DNA of 64,000 nucleotides, counting the filler, from Circinaria calcarea (Eukaryota): assembly GCA_051942165.1 (NCBI GenBank). It is 31 parts of 31 records of this genome, joined end to end, with 100 filler letters (N's around TTAATTAATTAA, not from the genome) between each part and the next. Parts side by side here need not be neighbours in the genome. Positions count along the whole stretch, not along the records: positions 12,505 to 14,485 come from JAVECS010004019.1; positions 14,586 to 16,565 come from JAVECS010004020.1; positions 16,666 to 18,644 come from JAVECS010004021.1; positions 18,745 to 20,721 come from JAVECS010004022.1; positions 20,822 to 22,798 come from JAVECS010004023.1; positions 22,899 to 24,873 come from JAVECS010004024.1; 25 more parts are not named here. One strand, given 5' to 3'. Every line of letters starts with the position of its first letter. Position 1 is the first letter of the stretch. The notes under the pieces are model-generated. The model saw only the letters and a list, made by a program, of their open reading frames with translations. It made no database searches and was not told the DNA's origin. This document shows positions 12,507-23,085 of this stretch, in pieces. Position numbers and translations under genes: made by a program.

Positions 12507-14012
12507 GGTGGGAAACCGTACCGCCCGACCACTAACGTCCGAAAAACCACCGACGAGGTAGTACAGCAGCTCCGGGAACGGCCAAGTCGACGATACCTGA
12601 TCCAGAGAGATCCAAACCAGTTCTCTAGGACGCAAATCTCTGCAAAAACTTTGCCAGTAATGGCGTTTGAGGACACGGGAAGTGAGGTCGATTCGTGGAT
12701 CCAGCCAGCTACAGACGGCCTCTCTTCCTCGGACTTTAGTCGGAGGCAGTCATTCGCACATAGAATGTCTGTCGATGCTCCCTCAACTACACATACTTCA
12801 GTGTCACTGGAGCAAGTGCAACTCGATAAGCTCCGAGAGAGCTCAATGTATTCATACACATCTACTGACGCAAAGACTTTTGCAACTTCGTGCGGGCCTT
12901 CGCCTGTTCATTCACCATCAAGATCTCGGTTCACAGTCGATGATGTTCACCTGGACGATAGCAACTCTCGACCCCCAACAATTGCCGAACGGTCCAGACG
13001 GAAATCGTTTCAGACGCTGCCATCACCCGCTATCGCACTTCAACAATCCAACAAGAGCAACAACTCCAACCCACCGCGACCACAGTCTATTAACGATTCT
13101 GGTCTTCGTAGTTTTTCACCAGTTCCTCCAAATTTCAGTGCACCTATCTCTAGTAAGCGATATTCGAATGCTAATATGCTACCAAACGGTCCTGTCCGAC
13201 TACCCTCGTCCGGAACCAGCGACAGGGAGCCTTCACTAGGCCATCAACGTGCGGTCACCAATACTACCGACCGTCCTGAGTCGATAGTCGGAGAACTACC
13301 ATCTTCAATCCATATGGGTCCCAAGCTCCCAAGACATCTTGTCAATTCTCATAGTGTATCCACGCCATTTTCAGCAACCTTGGCGGCATGGAATACGCAA
13401 TCTCAGGATAGTGAGCCTCACGCAGAGCCTTTAAGTTCTAAAGATTTGACCCCGCGCCGTTACTCGTCCCTCGACTACTCCAGAGGCACACTGCCTTATA
13501 ACTTCCCACGAGCCAACCCGTCACCGCATCCTCCACCACAAACAGCATTACCCGACATCCCGGTTTCAAAGACAATCTCACCCAATTCACTTTATGAAAA
13601 CCAGCATCCCAGATCCTCTACTGGCCACCCGACTAATGCACCAAAACTCCGTCGACCCGCGAGCCTACAAGTGAACAGCGATCCCCTACCTCTCCCTAAC
13701 CCAAGATCGTTTCCCAACACCAAGCCACCAATTTCCAAAGCGAATAGCACATCACTCTCGTCCTCTACGCTTACTGGCCAAGTTTTATCATCTTCGGCCT
13801 CATTGCAACTTCCGCCCCAAGGCCCCCAAAACCGGAGACTAGATCGCAAGAGCATGCCTCAAATCGCATTGAGGGGACCGCCGCCTCTAGGCCCTCTGCC
13901 CAGTATACCACCTCTCATGATGGGCCATAGCAATGCTGAGATAACATCGAGCCGCTGGCCGGAGTACTCGATTGGTGCAAGGAGGAGTTTTCAAGGTGTT
14001 CAGGTATCTTGA
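12507..14012 (+). CDS. 5'-truncated Ser/Pro-rich protein of unknown function
   Basis: About 500 uninterrupted codons from the contig edge; low complexity, ends with PPP.GPLP.IP motifs. Confidence 0.7.
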   Translation, partial: GGKPYRPTTNVRKTTDEVVQQLRERPSRRYLIQRDPNQFSRTQISAKTLPVMAFEDTGSEVDSWIQPATDGLSSSDFSRRQSFAHRMSVDAPSTTHTSVSLEQVQLDKLRESSMYSYTSTDAKTFATSCGPSPVHSPSRSRFTVDDVHLDDSNSRPPTIAERSRRKSFQTLPSPAIALQQSNKSNNSNPPRPQSINDSGLRSFSPVPPNFSAPISSKRYSNANMLPNGPVRLPSSGTSDREPSLGHQRAVTNTTDRPESIVGELPSSIHMGPKLPRHLVNSHSVSTPFSATLAAWNTQSQDSEPHAEPLSSKDLTPRRYSSLDYSRGTLPYNFPRANPSPHPPPQTALPDIPVSKTISPNSLYENQHPRSSTGHPTNAPKLRRPASLQVNSDPLPLPNPRSFPNTKPPISKANSTSLSSSTLTGQVLSSSASLQLPPQGPQNRRLDRKSMPQIALRGPPPLGPLPSIPPLMMGHSNAEITSSRWPEYSIGARRSFQGVQVS

Positions 14013-14585
14013 ACACTTTACGTCCGGGATCCACGAGGATTTCTGTGGCCATGGTTTCGGACTTGTGTACACTATGTTTCAACGTTCTCTCATGTACGAT
14101 TATATGCAATTGCTTTTGGTTTGTAATACCACCTTGGCTGTATTATATTCAGGATGAAGGGACGGCAAAAGTCAGGGTCTAGTTTGGAATATTTCACCAG
14201 ATGATTGGGGAAAGCGGGTAGGATTGGAATCTCCCCCGGATAGGAAAGGGAAGAAACATCTACGTTTGGGAAAAAGGGGGACGTACACATAGGATATATG
14301 TGTATGGGAATGTGCCAGGATATAATGGGGATTTCTGTCCCGCTGGTCATAATGTCTATTATTTTACTCTGTACTATCGAGATAGCCAGAACAAGGTCTC
14401 CCCATGCTCCTCGAGAGAAAGAACCGTGATCCTTTGTTGCACCACGGTTTTTATTTTTTTTATCCCCTGTACTTTCCCATAATCCNNNNNNNNNNNNNNN
14501 NNNNNNNNNNNNNNNNNNNNNNNNNNNNNTTAATTAATTAANNNNNNNNNNNNNNNNNNNNNNNNNNNNNNNNNNNNNNNNNNNN

Positions 14586-15902
14586 GCACCTTTTGCAAGC
14601 AACCATCCAGGAGAAAGGCTTGCAAAACTTTTATCCCCCAAACTCACCAGCTTTGGATAGCATAGCGAGCCGTGCACCAGCACAAGTACAGCAGCTATGT
14701 CAGAGGTGGGGAGTGCCGCGAGAAATCGGGCAAGACATCGTCAAGCTCGCGCTGTACGACATCGTAATTTACATCGGTACTACACCATCACAACACTGTG
14801 GTCGTTGAACTTAACGCTAAGTCTTCTGCTAGATAATAGTGGTTCCATGGCATTCGAAGAAAAGGGTGAACGGATCAAGGACCTGAAACTCATCCTGTCT
14901 CGAGTTGCGTATGCAGCCTCATTGTTTGATTCCGACGGCATTAACCTTCGTTTTATGAACTGGAAACTGGATCAACGGGAAACGGAGAGGGTGTTGAATG
15001 GGATAAGGTCAGAACAGCAGGTGGAAGCACTCATCGCCCAAGTCCCATTCAAGGGTCTTACTCCGATCGGCACGGAATTGCGAAGTCAAGTGATTGAACC
15101 TTTGATCTTCAACAAGATACAAGATCAAACCTTTAAGAAGCCCGTGTTGATCATCACCATTACCGATGGTCAACCAGCTGGTGAAAATCAAGGTACCTTA
15201 GCGGACACCATCCGCTACACGGCCGACCGGTTGACTCGTATGCCCCAATATGGTCGTGGCGCTGCTTCTTTCCAATTCGCTCAGGTCGGGAACGATAAAC
15301 AGGCTCAAGAATTCCTGTCGGCTCTTGATTCGGAACCGGGTATTGGTGACGTTGTGGACTGTACATCTAGTATGCTTACCGTTTTTCTTTTTTCACGAGG
15401 GAGAGAAACAAGGGCTTACAAGTCCAGATTTCGAGAACGAGCAAGAACAGATGATGAAGTCAAACCCACCTGTGGATTTGACTCCAGACCTTTGGGTTCG
15501 TGTTCTACACCATCTAGATCCAACTCCGCAAAGCTAACAAGGCCGTAGCTCGTCAAGCTTATGCTCGGCTCCATCGACTCATCCTATGATACTCAGGACG
15601 AGCAAAGCTCTCGTCCTCAAGGCGGCCACGGTCACGGTGCTCCGCCTCCAGGTCAGTATGGTGCCCCACCTCCTGGACAATACGGCGCTGCTCCCGGCGG
15701 ATACGGTCAGCAGCCGGGTGGTTATCCGCCTCAGGGCCAAGGATACGGTCAGCCGCCTCCACAGCAAGGCTATGGACAACCTCCCCCGCCGGGGGGGTAC
15801 GGCCAGGCTCCTCAACCAGGGTACGGACGTCCACCGCCGCAGCAAGGAGGCTACCCACCCCAACAAGGCGGGTATGGTGCTCCTCCGCCTCCAAGGTACT
15901 AA
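14586..15902 (+). CDS. von Willebrand A domain protein with Gly/Pro/Gln/Tyr-rich tail (RfeF-like), copy A, 5'-truncated, 3 introns
   Basis: MIDAS motif YI|DNSGSM, GLTPIG, IITITDGQP, FQFAQVGND; C-terminal GYGQPPP repeats. Confidence 0.85.
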
Positions 15903-16665
15903 GGACTCCAGGGTAGGTCTGAAGACGTAGAAAAGTTCTGGTGGAAGTGAAGTGTTACGTTAATATATGACTAAGTGAAACAAGGACGTTATGCAAGGAT
16001 GACCGTCTACCCAGGAATACTATTACGTTGTTTTGGGGAAGGCTTAGTCCGCTTCAATTGAACTGGGAGATGTCATGTCGTGTTTCATTCGCAATAGTGA
16101 GACTACGCACCACCGGAGTAAATACCATCCACTCCTCTTCCGTAAGGCACCAAAGGCTTCACTGACAACCCTAAATCCCATTTGTGCACTTGGGCCCTGT
16201 AAAAAGCTACAGTGATTCCATTGCTCCCTTTCCTTTCCCTTCCTTTCCCATACATATAACCCACCATCCCCTAGGCAAATCCTCCTAGTAAAATGAAGCC
16301 GGAAGTGTTAGCTCCATCCACTGATCCCCAACTGGAGAATTAGGGATATTAAATCACCATGTACATCTGGCTTTTAGTTTTCTTTTTTTTGGTTATAGCT
16401 GGACCTTTGGATATCGGAACCTCAATCAAATAAAATATTCCGGCAGGATATATAATCTCCGCAGATAACAAGCACAGGCTAGGGATTCCCCGTTCCCTTG
16501 TTCTGATTCCGCCTCGCGTGCCTGGTTTGTGGGGTGTTGGGATGAGGATGGGGAGGGTTAGAATGNNNNNNNNNNNNNNNNNNNNNNNNNNNNNNNNNNN
16601 NNNNNNNNNTTAATTAATTAANNNNNNNNNNNNNNNNNNNNNNNNNNNNNNNNNNNNNNNNNNNN

Positions 16666-17590
16666 ATCACCTCGATTGGCTGATTCCAGGCACTCAACCC
16701 CCCTCCCAGTCCACTTGCTAGAATCTTTTCAAACGAGCCCAGCTTTTGACCATCTTCTTTGCCCGTGACCTTTCGTATCCCCTGTTCAGCTAGTCTCGAC
16801 AGTCCAAATCTCGAACCCCAGTTCGTCGTCTGTCTTATCGCCACGGCATTGACACCCTTGTTGATGCCCCTGATCCCTTCCTTCCGGTATATGTCCATGA
16901 ATGTTGCCCATGTACTTGGGGGCTTCACGCCCTTTGCGGCAATCTTATGCTGCGTAATCTCGACCGTTTTCATGCATGTACAGAAGCCCATTGTTGCGTA
17001 GGCTTGAGCGACACCTCCGGCCATACCACCTGAGATACCACCGACAAAGTCCGAAGCACCAAAGGATTTGGCGTAGTATTCAGCTTCCGAGGCCACGAAA
17101 AGAAGAACGGCTCCCTTGGTAGAAGCCTCGATCCATGCCCACGGAATCAGACCCTGGTAGACTGGTGTGCACTCGTCAGACTCGGTTATCTCAGGATAGA
17201 CGGAGGCAACCAACAGCCCAGGACACCTCCCCGACCCCAGACCCGTGACAGAGCTTCCGCAAAGCTGTCTCCTCTATTTGCTGCCATGGTTGTTTTGATC
17301 ACCTCGAGGGGCTAGACAATGTGTAAGTCGATACGAATGCAGATTACATGCACATGAGTTTGTGCTTACCTGCCCCAACGTGGTGACCCTAGAACATATC
17401 AGCATAGCACCGCAGCTTTCGAATGTCTTGAACTCACTCAAACATGTTCAGTCCTGCTCCAACTGCACCGACATAGAGTCAGCCACGTGCTAGCAGACCT
17501 TCCTCGTGTTGACTCACGAAGCAAGTTACTAAACTTGACCGGCTTCTTCTCCAGCTTTGGTAGCACCGAGTCTGCTGCTGACGCTGACAT
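16666..17590 (-). CDS. YHM2: Mitochondrial citrate/oxoglutarate carrier Yhm2 (3'-truncated)
   Basis: KKPVKFSNLL|LGAGLNMFE|VTTLGQ|PLEVIKT, YQGLIPWAWIEASTKGAVLLF, RQTTNWGSRFG, WNQPIEV. Confidence 0.93.
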
Positions 17591-18247
17591 GATACCGCGA
17601 TAACGACGTCGGGGCCCTGACCAAGGGAGGAGTGGCGCTTCTTTGCTGGTCAATTGGATGACAAGAAAGTGGGAGGATTCCGGGGAAAGAATCGATAATC
17701 GAGCACCTGATACCCCGAAGACGAGAAGGCTGACGAAGACGTGAGACGGTTTGCAGAGTCTGCTTATTGCAGTGATACGTAAATCTGCTGTCCTGACGTG
17801 ATCACTATTGAGATACTCTCATACGCTCGCACTGATCTTTGTCCGGTGTTTATTTCACCGTTGAGATCGGTCTGCGAAACCGATCGGACCCTGAATATAC
17901 AAGGGTAATTCCTCTAGACTGCGTTGGAACAAGCCGCCGCTTTTCGAATTGGCTCTAGCGCCGAAAGGACTCTCCCCAACAAGGACTGCTGGGCATAAGG
18001 TAGCAGCTGATAAGCATTGGCACTCTGTAGGGACGTTCTACCAGTAGTAACGTATTTGTGTATCGTTCATTTTCATTATACTGCTACCGCTAAGAAGAGT
18101 TACCGTGGTTCTCGCTGGTGGTATTGCGTTACAATAATAGAATTACAGTCGACATTCTATAATAGTTCTCCTAAGAATACAGTCTGGGCCTATCCTCAAG
18201 GACCCTCAACGGAGCGGGCATTCCCCAATCATGGGCAGCCAAACCAC

Positions 18248-18644
18248 CTAGAGTTTTGCCCCAACAAGTTTGGCACCAACAAGTTTGGCACCAACAAGTT
18301 TGGCATAAGCATCGGTGCTGAAAGACTTGGGACGCTCGATCGGGGCACCCAGCGCTCTGTCGATGATCAACTGTGGTAGGACACCAAGGGCACGCGAGAC
18401 ACCGAAGAGCACCGTATAGTAGCTGGATTCCGTTAAGCCATAGTACTGTAGTAGGACGCCGGAGTGCTACTCCCAATCAGCGGTGCCCATAACATCATCA
18501 TAGAAAACTTACGGCATCAACGTTCGGGTAGGGGTTTTTGGTCTTGCCGTGCTCGGTCAAAACACCCGGGGCAATCTTGTAGACCTGACTGACGAGCTTG
18601 AACATTGGGTCGTCCGGAAGATGACGGAGAGCGAACTCCCGTTG
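18248..18644 (-). CDS. CIT1: Citrate synthase, last two exons (absent from the ORF track)
   Basis: [76 protein letters not shown]; intron 18467-18512. Confidence 0.96.
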
Positions 18645-18893
18645 NNNNNNNNNNNNNNNNNNNNNNNNNNNNNNNNNNNNNNNNNNNNTTAATTAATTAA
18701 NNNNNNNNNNNNNNNNNNNNNNNNNNNNNNNNNNNNNNNNNNNNGCGAAAAGGGCAGGAGGGAGGAGCACCGGTTTCAGATCACGCCGAGGGGCAAGGCC
18801 AAGGTGAATGGCAGGCAGGTCAGTCTGGAGCAGAGGGTCGAGTGTGGGCGGTATGTGAGTGCGGTCTATTCGGGTGTCTGAGTGCCAAGGGTA

Positions 18894-20216
18894 CAGTACT
18901 ACGACAGAAGTCTTCGTCGCGGGGTAAACCCCACCTAAACCCTACGAATTATTATTCATTGTAAACCACGACAAGAAGACTGGGAAGCATTGAAGCTTTT
19001 CATAGTGATTTGCATAGTAATAATATAACTTTCTCCAACCAAAAGTCTTAGCTAAAAACGTGTATGCCATCCTTCAGCTTTTAATACGCAGTTTACCCTC
19101 ATAATTATACTATCTATAAGATCGTGCATTAACTCTCTTCCAACCTTAGGCCATACATCCTGTATTATATAGATTATAGCCTCCCGTACCTTATCATCAC
19201 TTCCACCAATCTATATTAGTTCGGGGTGGTATTCGAAAACGAGTTCTTTCAGCCTAAACCATAGATATTCGATAGGGTTTAGATCAGGGCTATAAAACGG
19301 TCATTCCATAACTTCTAATCGTGGATTTCAAATCAACCGCGCACTTTCAATGCAGTATATATTAACGCGTTGTCCTGCATAAAAATAAGGCCCGGTTTGT
19401 AAAATTTGATAAGATTTTGGTCTAAAATATCGATATATGAATTGGCGGAGTACCTTATTTTCTTTACCTTGAAATCACGTTTTAATAGGTATAATTCGGA
19501 ACACCTAATACCCCAAAAGATAGCTTATACCATAACCTTCATATCTTTACTCTTAGGCACAACTTAAATCAATTCTTAATTTCATTTCTAAGACGGTGTG
19601 CGAAATATTTATTCGCGTTTATAACCGAACACTCGTCCGACCAAATGATTTTTACCTAGTCATCGTATATTTAATCTTTATATTTCTTGGCCTAAGCTAA
19701 CCTAACAGCGATATCTTAAAAGCGAAGCTTAGGTCTCTTCTTAACAAGCCAATACTGTGATCCCGGCGTCCTTTAAAACTCTATACATCGTAAATTTACT
19801 AAAAATAACGTTGGCGAGCCCCCGTAAGATTTTATAGGTGATTTTCAGGTGGATTCTTAAATTTCGAATGATGATTCGGCGTGCTCGGTTTATAACTATA
19901 ATAGGCCGGCCACTGCGAGGCTTACTAACCCTATTAACTTGGTATATTAAGGCTACAATAACGCTTCGAATAGTGGGGCGGGGTAGCTTTAAAGACCCTC
20001 TAATGCTGGTGGGCGTACAGCCTGAAATTGACTGCCTTATTATAATTCCTCTTTGATATGGAGTGAGTTCCTTACGACGGGGGATATTCCCATTAATTGT
20101 CGTTAATGGAGTACGATTTATAGTGGTAATAGTGATAATAATAGGGGGCTTCTCGTGGAGGAACGCGATTTTGCGCGATTTTAATTAATTAGGCAAAGAC
20201 TTTTGACGTGGTACTG
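18894..20216 (-). mobile_element. Full-length Tc1/mariner DNA transposon (1323 bp), inactivated by RIP-like mutation
   Basis: TA target duplications (18892-93, 20217-18); TIRs CAGTACTACGACAGAAGTCTTCG and CAGTACCACGTCAAAAGTCTTTG; transposase remnants RSGRP, IIWSDECSV, FMQDNA and SPDLNPIE interrupted by stops. Confidence 0.92.
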
Positions 20217-20905
20217 TATGTATGATTTGGAGTCTCCCGACTACAATGGTGTATCTTCACTCATTGGGGGGGTGTTAATGAGGTTGACACGGGCAAGGTT
20301 GGGCAGAGAAGTCTATTACATGTCATATCTTCACTTGGTCAACCTTGGCGAATAACGCATGGACATGGACATGGACTTGCTTTTCCCCCCAAATTGATCA
20401 TTTTCATGTACCTGTGATATGTCACGAAAAGGGAGCTTGCCTTGGTGAAATGAAAAGTCGTGCATGAGCAACATTGTTGCAAGCCATTGAGCCATTTTTG
20501 AATCATGCATAGTCGTGAGGCCCGCCTCCTATAGCCACGATTGGAAAAGCAAAGCACAGTCGGTATATCTACCTCTGCGGGAGATCCATATTGGAGCTCC
20601 TCGCGCTGTCCAAACTGCCCCTGACCAAACTGATACTGCTGCTGCGACGCCGGTGACGGCGAGTCTCGTTCGGATCATCCGGATGGAGGCCGCTGACACG
20701 TGCGAAGAGATTGAGAATGTCNNNNNNNNNNNNNNNNNNNNNNNNNNNNNNNNNNNNNNNNNNNNTTAATTAATTAANNNNNNNNNNNNNNNNNNNNNNN
20801 NNNNNNNNNNNNNNNNNNNNNGGGTTGGGAAGATGAATAAATGTCCTAGTTCGATTTACGGTTTCTCGGGACGCATTGAAAGCTACCCGGAAAAACCAAT
20901 GGCAT

Positions 20906-20955
20906 GTTTGTTTGTTTGTTTGTTTGTTTGTTTGTTTGTTTGTTTGTTTGTTTGT
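20906..20955. repeat. (TTTG)n microsatellite
   Basis: About 12 perfect units. Confidence 0.95.
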
Positions 20956-21220
20956 ATTCCACATATTCAAAATCAGATAAGATACTGTGGATCGGGTGCC
21001 GAGAAAGGGAAAAAATAACAAAAAAGAAAAGGGTCAAAGATCCCAACTCCCTCTAACTCCTGGGGACGCAAATTTCTTTATTTTTATTTTTTCGTTCGTT
21101 TTCGCACAAACGACCGCGACTGAGGTGTATTTCTATTTTATTTTTTCTCAACGAAAAACTAAACAAAAAGACCAGAGGCAAGGCAAGGCGAAAAGCAAAC
21201 GCCCGCCGCCCCCAACACAC

Positions 21221-21254
<34 letters not shown>

Positions 21255-21739
21255 GTAGATTATATATTCCCCGAGATGGGGGTGAGCCCGATCCGTTTTC
21301 AATGTGGAAAGGGAGCAAGGCCGTTTTAAGAGGCAGCAGGGAGAGAGTAGCGCGGGAGCACAAGGGAGCAGGGAGGGAGCAGAGGGAGTAAAAGCTGCTG
21401 AATACGGCTTAAAAAGGGGGGCAGCCTGTTATGGCTCCTCAGCTCGGTTGTAGTTACCCAGTGGCCTCTTAAAGACGTCAGCCAATAACAGCTGCCTAAA
21501 CTCAGTCACTTCCTTTAAAGCCTAAGGATGTCACCCGGGCTGAAACGTGGGAGGGCAGTGCACTTGCGGCACATAACATCACTCACGATCGTAAAATACT
21601 GCGATAATCGGATATACAATACCTTGACAAATCGGGTGGACTCTAGCCTTGATCGAAAGAACTCCTGACTGAGCTCGATGACGAGGTTATCTAAAGACCC
21701 AGCTACTGGGAAAAATACCAGCCAACCCAACCAATCTAC

Positions 21740-21815
21740 TTGTCATTTTCTGGGTCTACTCGTCACCTTCTGGTCTAACTCGTCACTTTCTGGTCTAACT
21801 CGTCACTTCTGACCT
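21740..21815. repeat. About 20-bp tandem repeat (ctcgtcactttctggtctaa), 3-4 copies
   Basis: Directly visible. Confidence 0.8.
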
Positions 21816-22207
21816 TCTGGGAGGTGACACCAAAAGCTAGACAGATTTTACACAATGCACGACGAATGGTCTACCTGGCAAAGGGGAAAGGGGGCGAAAT
21901 CGGTGTGGGCACAGTGTGCAAGTCTTTGAATACGGGAATTTAAGTCTGCTATATCGACAGATACTGTGGTCGAAAGGGGCGAGGCCCGGATTGTTGCGAT
22001 AGCAGTAGAGTTATCTGGAGTTGCCGCCATAATTAAATTAGTGATCGTGATTATGGAAGCAAAGAAACTATGAGAAAGCTTCGAGACTATACAAAGCTAT
22101 TCCTATATTCACTGCACTGTGAAGCGCTTAGGAGGGCATGGAGAGGCCACTCGAGAGTAGGCAATCATGAGGTATTGGCATATTGGGAATGGGCCTACAC
22201 TTAGAGT

Positions 22208-22460
22208 ATAGGCACTTGGGAGGTGCACACTTGGGAGGTGTAGGCACTGGAAGGCTTGGGAGGTGTAGGCACTTGGAAGGTTGCAGGCACTTGGGAAGTG
22301 TAGGCATTTGGGAGGTGTAGACACTTTGAAGGTGTAGGCATTTGGGAGGTGTAGGCACTTGGAAGGTGCAGGCACTTGGGAGGTGTAGGCATTTGGGAAG
22401 GTGCAGGCACTTGGGAGCTAGGAAACAGGCGAGGCGTTGGCACTTGAGAGGCGTAGGCTT
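22208..22460. repeat. Degenerate 17-18-bp minisatellite (ggcacttgggaggtgta), about 13 copies
   Basis: Contiguous units without unique spacers. Confidence 0.9.
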
Positions 22461-22900
22461 GTGGGGTTAAGAGGGGAGCCATATTTGGCTCCAGGGGAGC
22501 CAGAACAGGCGAGAGCCAACATAGGAGAAGAGGAGCCAGAACTGGATGAGCTCAAGTAACCAGTTCTTAAAAGCAGTTATGATATTCGGAATAATGAACA
22601 TCAATCACTTCGCTCTGGCCTTGAACAGAAAATGAATCAAAGAAAACCGAATAGCTTATCTTTGCAACCGTTTATTCACTCCATGACTAGACAGCTTAAG
22701 GCAGGCCACCCGCCTACTCCCTATTCAATGCCGGCTACACAGCAAAGAGTGCTTAAAAAACGCAAGATTATCGAAGACGAAGGGAATACACAGCCTTANN
22801 NNNNNNNNNNNNNNNNNNNNNNNNNNNNNNNNNNNNNNNNNNTTAATTAATTAANNNNNNNNNNNNNNNNNNNNNNNNNNNNNNNNNNNNNNNNNNNNTG

Positions 22901-23085
22901 GGCGCGTATCGGGGGAGGAGGCATGCGCAAGGGTTGCGGGTGAGGGGGCAGAAGACGAGGACGCAGGTATGTGTTTCTAAGGGAGGGTTTGGGAAGGGAG
23001 GAATTGGCTAATATGGTGTGGTGGGGGACAGAATGCGACGGCGAATAAGTTGAATAGGGTTGAGAGAGGTATGAGTGAGAGGTGA
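22901..23085 (+). CDS. SWS2: Mitochondrial ribosomal protein uS13m, C-terminal exons
   Basis: GAYRGRRHAQGLRVRGQKTRTQ|NATANKLNRVER matches the S13 signature; gtatgt...ctaat...cag intron. Confidence 0.88.

Noticed and set aside
15559..15930. Antisense and alternative-frame ORFs over the G/P/Q-rich tail (also 37908-38402)
   Set aside because: Shadow ORFs of a GC-rich repetitive exon.
22208..22460. Possible CRISPR array or repeat-protein ORFs (MPTPPKCLHL...)
   Set aside because: Units are contiguous with no unique spacers, there are no cas genes, and the ORFs arise from the repeat in several frames.
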